The position numbers and the translations under genes were made by a program. The notes under the pieces are model-generated. The model made no database searches, was not told where the DNA came from, and saw only the letters and a list, made by a program, of their open reading frames with translations. Positions 38,339 through 51,315 of a stretch of DNA of 64,000 bases are shown here, piece by piece. The DNA is from Octopus sinensis (taxonomy: Eukaryota): contig NC_042998.1 of the NCBI RefSeq assembly GCF_006345805.1, positions 110,174,001 through 110,238,000 of the forward strand, read 5' to 3'. Each line of letters opens with the position of its first letter. Position 1 is the first letter of the stretch.

Positions 38339-38984
38339 CAAGGGTTGGACAAAATAACGGAAACACCTAGCATCATAATTTTGAAATATCTATAAAACCG
38401 TCAAAAGCTTGTTTATTTTTATGTTTTTTGGCTAAAATTGCTGTTTCTTTTCAGATATCATCAGAAAAAGGCAATTAAGATTAATTAAAATGACAGATTT
38501 ATCGGACTTTCAAAGACGTCAATTTGTTGGTGCTCGTATGGCAGGCGCTAGCGTAATGAAAACAACCGAAATATTTGCTGTACCAAGAAATACTGTCTCA
38601 AAAGTAACGACAGCATTTGAAAAAGAGAGAAAAACCTCTTCGTCGAAACAAAATTTAGGAAGAAAACTAAAACTTTCAGATAGGGACCGTCGGACTTTTA
38701 TGCGAATTGTTAGAAAGGATCACAATAGTACAGCTCCCAGAATTACTGCAGAGCTTAATGACCATCTCTAGAACCAAGATTACACAAAAACTGTTCGCCG
38801 AGAGTCGTACAAAGCTGGAATTCGTGGGAGGGCTGAAGAATGGACAAAAATTCTATTGAAAATATTTCAAACTTTGTACGAGTCCATACCTCGAAGAATT
38901 CAAGCTCTAATTAATGCCAAAGGCAGTCCTACCCCATATTAAAATAAATTTGTTTGAAATTTTAAGGTATTTCAATTATCCAAC

Positions 38985-38989
<5 letters not shown>
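38339..38989 (+). mobile_element. Tc1-like transposon, internal-deletion derivative
   Basis: Imperfect TIRs (agggttggacaaaataacggaaacacct / aggtatttcaattatccaacccct). N-terminal HTH region MTDLSDFQRRQFVGARMAG...GRKLKLSDRDRR (38490-38771) is joined almost directly to the C-terminus LYESIPRRIQALINAKGSPTPY*; the DDE domain is missing. Confidence 0.85.
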
Positions 38990-39050
<61 letters not shown>

Positions 39051-39669
39051 GAGAGAGAGAGATAGATAGATAGATAGATAGATACATATCCTACATTATA
39101 TCGGTATAACTTAATGCAACCCCGAATAACCGGCACATTAGTCAGCAGTATAAGACGGTGGCCGACATAATCGAACAGGAACCTTACTTGTATCTTTAAA
39201 ACGTTGCTATAAACAAATTTAAAAGATGGATATGTATATGTGTGTGTGTATATATATATATATATATAGCTGAATGAAAAAATAATGGACGGTCCACCTA
39301 CATTAATTTCCAACACACAAAAGAAATTAATAAATATCAACAAAATAACGTTGAAATCTAGCAAATATTTTTCAACACGATACATCCAGTATAAAAAAAA
39401 AAAAAAACATTATATGAATTAATTAGCATTCGCAACCCACGCAGCCACGCGATATCACTCCACGCAGCAAGAATGTCATGAAGTCACTACCAAATACAAA
39501 GTATCAGACACACAAAAAGCCAATAGACAGAGCTTTCGACATATTCTAAGACCGTGACACTTACATGATGAAACATGATTACATTCGAAAAAAAAAAGAA
39601 AAAATGTCAATATATATATATATGTAGGTGAGTGTGTGTATGTGTGTGTGTGTGTGATATCTTTTCTTT

Positions 39670-40055
39670 TTTTATCTCTATTTGTTTCAGTCAACGGACT
39701 GTGGTGATGATAGAGCAATGCCTTGAAACCTTTAGTCGAATAATCGACCACAGGCCTTTCATTTAAAAGACTACTACTTATTAATCGGTTGCATCTGTCG
39801 AACCGCTCATTCAGAAGGAGGTAAACAAACGGACACCGGTTTCCAAGGGGTTGTGTGATGGGAGAGAAATGCAAACAGCCATGTGTGTGTGTTTGTGTGT
39901 GTGTGTTTGTATTTGTGTGCTTGTGAATGAATGGTCTTTTTTCAGTTTTGGTTAAACAAATTCACACACAAGGCATTCCTCAGCCAAGTCGATGCACAGT
40001 GACTAAACCCAACTTCATGTATGTCAGGAAAGTCTTCAGACACGTCAACGCCTAT
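39670..40055 (-). mobile_element. Degenerate SINE (18190/43968 family)
   Basis: Reverse-complement tail (gtttcagtca...cctttagtcga...), (GT)n, then reverse-complement head ending acgcctata. Confidence 0.7.
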
Positions 40056-40057
40056 AT

Positions 40058-40107
<50 letters not shown>

Positions 40108-40368
40108 TCTTGTCACTTATATATATATAGTTATATGTGAAGTTATATTCCCATGTATCGAAATTGTTTTTTGCACTGCTGTTTGCCCTCTCAAACCCTA
40201 CTTTCCTTCCTTCCTGCCTGCCTACCTACCTAGCAACCAACCTACCTACCTACCTACCTACCTACCTACCTACATGTGTATGTAGGCATTTATGTATGAG
40301 TGTATTATATGAGTATGCGCGTATAGATCATGCAAGTATTCACACATAGAGAAATATGTACATAAATG

Positions 40369-40419
<51 letters not shown>

Positions 40420-41289
40420 TCAGTATAAGCAACAAGAATGACTCCGGTAATTTGGTAGATCGTTTCGTACTACATCATTTTATTAAATGTTGTAAGTATT
40501 ACAGCAGATTTAAGATGATGAGTACTCATCAGCCAATTATAGAGGTTTTCCATTAATACAAAAATTTTCAAATCAAATGGCAACATTATAGAGAAGGTAG
40601 ATATATAGACAAAGATGTGGATTTAAATTTTAAGAACATATGAGGTAGTGGAGTCCCTCAACTGACTGACTAAGATTTGGTTGTTTCCAGACTGCTGTAA
40701 AGTTGTGAGGAATAGGTTGAAGAAAGCAATAAAGATTTTCTAATTATAGAAATGGGGTAAAGGGGGCTTCAGAGTTCCATAAAAGGATTTCATGTGGAGG
40801 ACAGCAATTGTCACTACTAAATGCCAATTACTACTATTTGATGAGAGAACTAGGTTAATGTCAAGTGGTCCTTATTTGATTATAAATAATTAAAATTTGA
40901 AAAATATAGGAATACTCAGAAAATTATTATTTAAAGTATTTAAACGTTCGAGTTGTACGATGTATACAAGATACTCTCAATTCTAAACGGTTATTCAACA
41001 GATTTGTATTACTCTGATGTCTCAAAAATTCATAAGTTTCCATAGAACAAAGTTGACAACCATCCCTACTATTTCTATAAGGTTGCGCCCTTCTTACTAT
41101 ATCCCATTTTGGGTTGAATTCTATATTATTTGTTTTTAGTTCCCAAATTTTGCTAGATAATTATCGGAGTCATTCTTGTTGCTTATTCTGATTATAATCA
41201 CCCTACGGATTTTTATGGATAACACCATACAAGATTCTGGTGCATCTAAATTAAGTACCATATTCATTTGAATCTAAATTTTTGCTGAA

Positions 41290-41330
<41 letters not shown>

Positions 41331-41545
41331 GTGTGTGTGTGTGCGCGCGTGTGGGATCTAGTCTTTTTTTCCATTCGCAAAATATGCACTTTTTAAAAGG
41401 AAGTTAAAATCTGAAAATTAGCTATAATAATGTAGCCTTCCAGTCTCATTGCTTTGAATGTATGATGCTGTGGAAAAAAAAAATTGCAGAAAAAAGTTAC
41501 AGAGGTTTAAAAATCCAAAAAAGAATGGGTAGTTTTTGCCAATAG

Positions 41546-41601
41546 TGAGACAGAAATTTTCTGCATTGAGCGGGGCGGTGTCAACATTAAGGTTGTATCA
41601 G
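41546..41601 (+). CDS. Candidate exon (plus strand)
   Basis: tttttgccaatag| 56 nt |GTAAAA; ETEIFCIERGGVNIKVVS, phase 1 out. Confidence 0.3.
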
Positions 41602-42026
41602 GTAAAATTTATAGTTTAGCGTTTGACCTGCTCATTGTATGTTTCTAAATAAACAGAAATGCGTAATTTCATTTTGGTTTCTAAATAAACAGAAATACCT
41701 AATAAAATCAACATCTATCATCTTACTGTTTCTTTTGTCTCTTCATTGATTGTATGTTTTTATCATTTTAAAAATTTGTTATATTAATATATTTGACTGC
41801 ATATGCTTACTTTATGCGTACTGCAGTATTATGTATAACTGCCATGTATTTATGTACATCATTAATATATAAATGCATGTGTTTGTGTGTGAAAAGGAGG
41901 TGTCTGTCCAAAGCTGAGTAACATTTTCAAGCTTGGATTTGTAAACTACGATAAGAATAACATTGGTCAACAAAGAATTTGTCCCAAGGAAAAGAATATC
42001 TGTATCTCATACGTTTTTGCATGCAG

Positions 42027-42115
42027 AATTCAAAAGTAATGTCAAATTATTTGTATCACCCACAATTTCTCTGTTCTACGATATCCCTCTCAGTTCCTGT
42101 TATGTATTTCAACAG
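42027..42115 (+). CDS. Candidate exon (plus strand), in frame with 41546-41601
   Basis: gtttttgcatgcag| 89 nt |GTAAGC; (E)FKSNVKLFVSPTISLFYDIPLSSCYVFQQ; 425-bp intron. Confidence 0.3.
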
Positions 42116-42323
42116 GTAAGCTGTTGAAATGTGAAGCTAACGTTTAAGAAATACTCCTAATTAAAATTTTTATGAATAGAATTAGCCTAGTGAAATCATA
42201 GATCCAGCCATTTGAGACAATGAATCACCAAAATATATGAAATGAAAACTATGTAAAAATACTTTGAAAAATCAACGTAGACAATAGCGGCACAGACAAC
42301 AGTGAACCACAACACAGCGTGCG

Positions 42324-42337
42324 GTTGTCATGGTAAC
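42324..42337. promoter_or_regulatory. RFX X-box consensus match
   Basis: GTTGTCATGGTAAC fits GTHNYYATRRNAAC at all positions, in a non-repetitive, locally GC-richer stretch. Confidence 0.35.
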
Positions 42338-42604
42338 AAGCTGTTAATGCCACACTGCCTGCTAACTGGCTAAAATTACCCAAATTTCCTAACTTTAATT
42401 CCAAATAACACCAAACTCTTTAATTTACGAGTAATTCGCCGGTCGTAATCAAAATTCAGAGTTGCATCGATGCACCAGAATTGAAAGCGATCTTAGCAAA
42501 ATTAAGTGGGGCTCATTTACGAATGAGAAAGACAAGATCCTGCATGTGTGTGTATGCTTATACTTTCAATAAACGTATATGAATGTGTATGTCTGCACCT
42601 GTGT

Positions 42605-42638
<34 letters not shown>

Positions 42639-43306
42639 TGTTTGTGTGTGTGTGTGGTGTGTGTGTGTGTGTGCGTGTGTCTGTACTAGTGTGAAATGGT
42701 GATGACATTTTTGTGTCTTTCTGCAACCCCAAAGTCAGCTTTTTTTCTCCCTTAACCGACAAGATATATTCCTAGAAATGCTTATGGGCTGGCTCGCCTG
42801 CTTCCTGGCACTTCTGCATAATGGATCTCGGCTATAACTTAATTAAAATAACTGCTTGTTTTGACCCCTTTGTTCCTAGAATATCCATTATAATCCTCTG
42901 ATTTCTTTATAAATTTGATTGTTCTTTTTGAAAATATCACTTATCCATCATGTTTGTTGTGGAGTATGTTATCACCAAAGTTTCCCCTTGCTTATTTTAA
43001 ATTATACCGGCGTATGGTGGTTTTATTCCATAACATAATCTATAAAGGGATCAATAAACTTCTACCCTAAGAGCCGTAGAGAATTTTAAACCCTATTCGT
43101 GTTCTTCATTATATGTGTGTGTATGTGTGTGTGTGTGTATGCATGTATGTATGTATCCTTATTTATATTAGAATATATATATTTATATATATATATCTTT
43201 AGAGTTGCGAGTACGCACACACACACACTTACACCCCCATATATATATATATACACATATACATTCATACACACCACACACTGCTACATTCACGTGTGTG
43301 TGACTG

Positions 43307-43355
<49 letters not shown>

Positions 43356-43568
43356 TTAAAGAGCATATAAAAATTTCTGAGACATACATAGATGTGGAAA
43401 ATATATATTTATCACTACCGTTGAGCTGTTTTTCTTTTTCTGTATTCGTATTATTTTCGGTCTAAAAGTTGGATGTTCCTATAATAGTGTGCCTTCTACT
43501 AAAATTTGCAGAAAATATATTGGAAATTGTATATTTCGGAAATGTTTTTTTTTCGTTTTCATTGATAC

Positions 43569-43629
43569 CTGTATAGCTCTTCCCTGAATTTAATCAATAA
43601 TGTTTGAATTTGGAGTACAGCACTTTCAT
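43569..43629 (-). CDS. Candidate exon D
   Basis: aattctctacag| 61 nt |GTATCA; ESAVLQIQTLLIKFREELY, phase 1 in and phase 2 out. Confidence 0.25.
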
Positions 43630-43967
43630 CTGTAGAGAATTTGCACATATTGTAATAGATTATGAGTTATCTTAAATATTTCTCTGGTCAAAGCTTCTGT
43701 TCAAAAAGAATTCTAACAATACGAATGTTGATGAAACTACAAGCGCTGTTATACCGTTCTCTCTGGAAGCTAATAACGAAGATAACCTGCGTATATAAAT
43801 TTTTCCGACAGAAATTTTTTACTTCATTCTAAGAGAAGTTTATAAATAACATGTACTCTATTTAAACATGAATATCTTGATATTTTCCAACATGCCATTC
43901 CGTTATGACTTACATATTTTTATACTATCAATCTGAAACTTACAAGTTTTTATATTTATTTTATTGA

Positions 43968-45562
43968 AAATAGGTGCATGAGTGTATGTGTGGTAAGTAG
44001 TAATTTGCTTACCGACTCAGTCCTACTGCATGGGACCTTGGGCAAGTGTTTTCTACTACAGCCACGGACCGAACAAAGCCTTGTGAGTGGATTTGGTAGA
44101 CGGAAAGTGAAAGAAGCCCGTTGTATATATATGTGTATATATATGTATATATAGAGGTTTATAAGTTAGTATAGGTTTGTGTATAAGTCTTGGGTCTGTG
44201 GTTTACGTGTGGGTTTTTTGTGTGTGAATGTTTAGGTTAGGGGGATTGCTATATAAGTTTGTTATAGGGTTTAGCAAAGGGAGATTATCGTTAATGCTTT
44301 TATGAGTTTTGGTTTATCATGGTTTTTTTAGGTAATTCGTGGTATTTTGTCTATTTTAGGTGTTGTGTGTTTTTATTTTTTACATTGTTTCATTCATAAT
44401 TTTTGAGTGGTGTTCGTTTTGCCACGTGAATAACCGGGTGGTGGACTAGCGTTGCTTGGAATGTGAATGGAATAGTGTAGTAGTGAGGTAGGATAGAGAA
44501 TGGGATTGGTTGTTACTGCAGTTGTGTTTAGTAGAGATGCTAAGTGAGTTAAAGCTCTAATGTATATAATGTTTTTTGTGGGTGTGTAAGATTGTTGTAT
44601 GTCGAGTTTAGTGAGTATGTATAGGCGTATATGTGAGGGAGTATATATGTATCTTTGTGTGTGAGTGTTTTGCGGTGTGTGAGTGTGGTTTTGTGTGTGA
44701 ATGTGTATGGGTTTGTTATTTAGGTTTTGGATGTATGTGTTAATTGTCTTGTGGGGAGGGAGTGGGTTTGGTGTATATTGAGGTTATAGTAGTATAGGTA
44801 TGTGTATAAGTCGTGAGTCTGTGGTTTACGTTTGTGGTGTATTCGTGTGTGAATGTTTAGGTTGGGGGTTTACTTTATGGTTGTTATAGAGTTTAGAAGG
44901 AGATTTTATCGTTATATGTTTTAAGAGTTTTGTTTTATCATGGTTTTTTTAGGGAATTCGTGGTAATTAGTCTATATTTTCGATATGGATTATATATAGG
45001 TTATATGGATTATATACTTATATTTTCATTTATACTTTAATATTTAAAAGTATTATTTTTATATTTTAAATTTTGATTTTTTAGATTGGAAGTCCACCTG
45101 AAGATTGTCGATCAAGACAAGAAACGATTGTAGTGGCGGTTTTTTGACTTTTTTTTGACATATTAATTTTATGTATTGATTAAGTCTTTCCTTGTTTGTT
45201 TGCAAAATAGTGGTTTTGTCTCAAATAATATTTTATAATATTTTACTATAAAATTGGATTAATCCTAAATCTGATTTTTTTTCCTGTAAATTTGGATATA
45301 TTCCCTAATATTTATTATATATATTATATATATATATATATATTATATATATATATATGGATATGTTTGTGTCTGCGTTTGCCCCCCCCCCGCATCACTT
45401 GACAATCGATGTTGGTGTGTTTACGCAAAAGAGACTGTTAGAATAAGTACTAGGCTTAAAAAGAATATGTCCTGGGGTCAATTTTTTCGACTAAAGGCGG
45501 TGCTCCAGCATGTCCGCGGGAAAATGACTGAAGCGAATAAAAGAATGAAAGAATGAAAGAAT
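43968..45562 (+). mobile_element. tRNA/CORE-like SINE split by a ~1.2-kb insert in its internal microsatellite
   Basis: Head 43968-44125 (ccttgggcaagtg...gaaagaagcccgttg); the body and tail resume at 45360-45562 (...ggcggtgctccagcatg...aaagaat). Confidence 0.8.
44150..45000 (+). other. C-depleted, G/T-rich block with a diverged ~200-bp direct repeat
   Basis: For example 44701-44760 has 1 C and 22 G; 44155-44355 is repeated at 44781-44972. Confidence 0.9.
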
Positions 45563-46490
45563 TCAAAATAAACATAATAGTAATGCCTACGGCATAGTGA
45601 ATACTGTGATAGACATACACGCAGCCACAAATTCACAATGTAAATATACGTAACCCATACATACGCACATACATTATTATTATGTACATACATACATTCA
45701 TATATACATACATACATACATACATACATACATTCATACATACATACATACATACATACATACATACATTCATACATACATACATACATACATACATACA
45801 TTCATACATACATACATACATACATACATACATACATACATACGTAAGTACATATATAAACGTATAAGCGTGCTTATACACATGTATGAGGACGACAGAT
45901 GTTGGTTCCGCAACAACATCTAAACAGGATTTGCTTATAACGATCAAAAGTTTGTGCCGTACATATACACACACAAGCATGACCATACAACTAATAACGC
46001 ACCTAGACCCACGTACTAATACATCTGGTGTACTTACACACACACACACACATATACACCCTTTCTCTTGCCCTCCCTCTCTCCTTCCCTCGCCCTCTCA
46101 TTCGCTCCCCCTCTAATTCACCCCCCCTCTCTCTCTCTCTCTCTCTCACTGGCCTTCCTTCTATCAGCTTCCAAAATCACTTCAAATTTCGCCAGACACC
46201 AGGCGCCACCAGTTTTACTACTCAGCCACGCTCCGTTCCAATGCATCTGATGTCGCTAAAATACCGATCTTACTTCTGAAAACACTATGTATAGCAGCCC
46301 ATTCCTCAGTAGCCATCTTGGACTTCCTCTGCTTCTCCATTCGGGTTTCTGAGCTTGACGAGCTAGGTTTCTGTAAGTGGCGTGCGAAACTTTAAGTCGC
46401 ATAGAGCCGTAACAAATTGTTTCAAATAATCATATATGTAACTCCTACTAAATGTGTTGAATACCTTTTTCTTATATATGTTTATATGTA

Positions 46491-46736
46491 TTCATATATG
46501 TACCTATGTTTTTTGAATATACATATGTGTGTATATTATATATGAATGTGCATGCATGTCTGCGTGTTTTTGTGTATGGCCGGTTTATAGAGCTTGTGCT
46601 CAATAATGTCTGCGATTCCAAGTGTCTTGCCTATAGAAAAATTGACGTCATGTGTTTCTATGATATGCACGAATAATGGATTTGCGTATTTAGCTTTCAC
46701 GAGTATACGCCCACGAAAACAAGCTCATACTGTCTG

Positions 46737-46813
<77 letters not shown>

Positions 46814-46848
46814 ATCCATACATACATACATGTCCATATACATACATG

Positions 46849-46895
<47 letters not shown>

Positions 46896-47319
46896 TTATA
46901 TATATAGAGAGAGAGAGTGAGAGAGAAAGAGAGAGAGAGTGAGAAAGAGAGAGAGAGTGAGAGAAAGAGAGAGAGAGAGAAAGAGATAGATAGATAGGTA
47001 CATAGACCTGTAAACGTGTAAGTCTGAGAAATAAGGACATGTTATTGTACACTACACAGGCTTATATCAACGTGAGGTAGCTGTCAAGCCAGCAATACTG
47101 AAATGAAGCACTAGTCCATGGTTTAGTAAAGGATATTTGTTTGTGTAGTCATGTGAACCACTCCTGCAAATGACACATTCTAGCAGAAATCAATGACACA
47201 TGTTGACTCAAAAACCGTTTGGCAGAGTAAAAGTAGGCATTTGCATAGATCGTGTGTGTATTTCTGCGTATATACACACACACACGTATGCACATGTATT
47301 TGTACATATGTCTGTAGAT

Positions 47320-47353
<34 letters not shown>

Positions 47354-47592
47354 TTAAGTACAAATAATACGTCAGTATATATATACCTATATAGATATAT
47401 TAGTAAGTATATCAATCAGTTTGTTTCTCTTTCATTGTCTGTCTGTCTGTCTGTCTCCTTATGTGTGTGTGCGTATTTATAAAAATGTTATATTATATAT
47501 ATATATATATAATATAGTATATTTTCTTATACATATATATATTATATATATATATTCTTATACATATATATATATATATATTATATATATTC

Positions 47593-47623
<31 letters not shown>

Positions 47624-48022
47624 TTCTTATACTATATATATATATTATATATATTATATATATTCATATATATATTATATATATATATAATATTATATAT
47701 ATATATATATAGATATCATTATATCTTTATATATATATATATATATTCTTATACATATATGTATATATATATATATTTTTATTATATTCATATATGTACC
47801 TATGTTTTTTGAATCAACATGTGTGTATGCAATATATGCATGTGCATGCATGTCTGCGTGTTTGTGTGCATGGCCGGTTTATAGGGCGTGTGCTCATTAA
47901 TGTGCCTGTAATTCCAAGTGTCTTGCGAATAGAAAAATTCATGTCATGTGTTTCTATGCACGAATAATGGATTTGCGTATTCAGCTTTCACGAGTATACG
48001 CCCACGAAAACAAGCTCATACT
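46491..48022. repeat. Diverged ~240-bp direct duplication
   Basis: 46491-46731 and 47787-48022 (ttcatatatgtacctatg...cccacgaaaacaagctcatact). Confidence 0.9.
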
Positions 48023-48193
48023 AACTATCACTCTCTCACGCACAAAACACACACATACACACACGCGCACGTGTGCGTGCGCATATAAGTTTACACGCAT
48101 ACGCATATTATATACATATTTGCATACGTATATATTTATTTATACCCTCATATACTCATTATACGTATGTATGTATGTATGTATGTAAGTATG

Positions 48194-48228
<35 letters not shown>

Positions 48229-49146
48229 TTCACTCAATATCTATCTATCTATTTCACTCAATATATATACATATATATATACGACTAAACGCACGCACCC
48301 TATTAAGTAAGATTGTTCTGTTTATCAAGTTAGCCTTGATATTAACTCTCACGCGACTCTGCATCTTTCTTTCTTTCTCTCCCATTCCCTTTTTCGTCTT
48401 TTTTTCCCTCACTTAACTTGTCTCTTCCTCTCTCTCTCATTCTTCATTCTCTCTCTCCATTCTTCTCTCACCATTCTTCATGGTCTCCTCGCACCATTCC
48501 CCTTCATCTCTCTCTTCCTCTTGCTCCTCCTCCCCCATTCCCGTCGTCCATCTGCGACGATACTTCCGTCGTAACTGCTATCCTGTCTTTTCTCGCCCGC
48601 CTTGTAAGGCTACTGGTCGACACATTTTCTCTCTCTCGTCGTCCACGATAATCCAGCGTTTGCAATACTTTTTTCGTCTGGCGTTAACAGCCCTTCTTAT
48701 CTTGTTCTCCTTGTCCTGTCTCTCACTGTTATATATTTATTTTTCCACTGTTTATATATATATTTTTTACTGTTTATATGTTTGTACTGTCGTTACCGTC
48801 TTGCTTTTTTTTACCCCTCTGCGAAAAGATCTCAGAATTTTAATTGAGTTGCTTTTCGCGGGAAGAAAGTTTTCTTCGAAGTATACGTCTCGCTTTTATC
48901 CTTCGAAACGTTTAGTAGATGAAACCTTAGCGATTGAAGAAGGGGATTTTTCGTTGTGCTTATTGTCCTGTATCTCTCTCTTTTTTTTGGCTTGTCTTGT
49001 TCCTTGGTTTGTGTCTATGTGTTTCGTCTCTCTATGTGTTCGACGTCTTTTTGGTGTCCTGTACACATATATGCGTGTATATGTACATGTAGAGGTAGGT
49101 ACGTACATATATGTTTATATATATGCATATGTTCTATTTTATTAAC

Positions 49147-49195
<49 letters not shown>

Positions 49196-49574
49196 TAACT
49201 CATATATCTGCGTGCGCATGTATGAATGGCAATATTGTAATTGAAAAGTCTGTTTTGCATTTTAATACTTTGTAATACAACTGTAAATAAAAAAATTAAA
49301 TGTTCATGGAAAAAACGCTTAATGTTATTTCCTTTAGTATATATTATTTCATATAACCACACACACACACACACTCAGTACATAATTTAGATATTCTTCA
49401 ACTGCCAAAACGAAATTCGTTCCAAGATTCGCTTTCGTATATCATAATTTACTCTTTGGTTCTTTGATTTGAATGTTCAATGTTTTGTGAATATCTTTGA
49501 GTAGACCTGATATCAAAAGCAGACAAAAAAAAAAAAAAGAAAAAAGAAAAGAGAAGAAATCCATAACAATCAGA

Positions 49575-50093
49575 TCTAGACATTTGTACATTATTTACAA
49601 TTGACGGATATTTGTCCGCATCGCCTGATATATCCTCCAGTCTTCATCAGGTGTCTTGGGGGAATTTCGAACCTGGGTCCTCATTCCTAAGGTATTTTTC
49701 GATGTTGTTATTATTGCTGTTGTTGTTGGTTGTTGTTGTTGTTGTTGTTGTTATTATTATTATTATTATTCAGATCACTGTCTGGAATCGAACCCGGAAT
49801 ATTGGGGTTAGTAGCCCGCACTCTTAGTAAAGGATATTTGTTTGTGTAGTCATGTGAGCCACTCCTGTAAATGACATGGGCATATTGCGTAGTGGTTAAG
49901 AGTGCGGTCTACTAACCCCATGATTCCGAGTTCGATTCCAAGCAACACCTGATGAAGGCTGGAGGGTATATCAGCCGAAACGTTGTGTTAACAACAAACA
50001 AGATGAAGACAAATATATCCGTCAATTGTAATTAATGTAAATTGTGTACATAATTCCTCATCTCTGAAATACAGAACTGTCTAGACATTTGTA
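49575..50093. mobile_element. TSD-flanked composite: SINE(-) / 53-bp captured DNA / SINE(+)
   Basis: tctagacatttgta at 49575-49588 and 50080-50093. The arms 49589-49826 (minus) and 49877-50079 (plus) both carry a tRNA-like head and the HHR module. The centre 49824-49876 matches 47123-47175 (2 mismatches in 53). Confidence 0.85.
49944..49989 (+). ncRNA. Apparently intact minimal type I hammerhead ribozyme
   Basis: AACAC-CTGATGA-a-GGCTG-gagggtatat-CAGCC-GAAA-CG-TT-GTGTT: 5-bp stems I and II, full core, palindromic stem III (AACGTT), extra A between A9 and G10.1. Confidence 0.75.
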
Positions 50094-50944
50094 TCACCAA
50101 AGTCGGTTCATGTCTTCCCCAGCAGCAGTTTAGAAATTATACATTAAGTGAGCATTTCACAGTAAAACACTTGCGTAGGTGCGCACCAGGTTGACATAGA
50201 ATTGTGCTGAAGAATATTCTTTTCCATTTTATGTCTTGTACTGAAACTTATTTCAGTTTCTTCAAGTAAGAATATTTTGTTATAATAGTATCAATAGACA
50301 AATAGGAGCCAAGTAAATGACTTGTGTAGCCAAGCCAAACAGTAAATTTTGGCAAGTGAAAGCAACGATCATAACCCCATTCTCCACATTTAAACCTGTT
50401 GACAGTGAGCGCAAGATGAAAGAAAAGTTTTATTCATCACTAAATAAACCCTTCTTAACGTAGTCTGTATCAAAGGCTATTGCTGAACGACCTGTTCACA
50501 CTACATCGCAAGCCATGTACATTTATCATCGTCAGATAATTTTATGAACCGCTGACAAGTGAAAAGTTTTCTTCTCACAAGATTTTAAACACCTTTAGAT
50601 AGAATAGTGCCAGATGGAGTTACTTTTGCAGCTTCCTGCATTGAACCCTGTGGATCAGGTTGATAATGAAATGTAATAGAATGTTGTGTTTCACTGAGGT
50701 GTGTGGCAGTGCAGACCTTGAGATATCTTCAAATGAGCCTGTAGGTTTAAATCATTTGAAAAGCGACATGTTTAGAAGAGCGATAATTTATTTTTTTCTT
50801 TAAACATAACCACGTGCATTCATATACGTTCCTATATTTTCTCATCTTTTGATAATGTCATAGTTCAAAATAAAAGAATTGAAAAAGTAGCAAAGTAGAA
50901 AAAAAAATATCTAAATGCTAAAAGGACTTCTGTGTCATTGTATA

Positions 50945-51315
<371 letters not shown>

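Noticed and set aside
41546-41601. Pirin-like resemblance of GGVNIKVVSG
   Set aside because: The similarity is only a few residues, the neighbouring exon does not continue it, and I saw no pirin HPHRG motif.
44150-45000. Mitochondrial insertion (NUMT)
   Set aside because: The skew is mtDNA-like, but the one frame I translated with the invertebrate mitochondrial code gave no recognisable gene. Not fully excluded without a search.
48480-49145. 221-aa ORF
   Set aside because: Low-complexity pyrimidine-rich repeat sequence with no recognisable domain; it contains a hairpin at ~48820-48861 but no complete HHR core.
50280-50760. Tc1-like FSDE motif on the minus strand
   Set aside because: The motif order is inconsistent with a DDE domain, there are multiple stops and no TIRs were seen.
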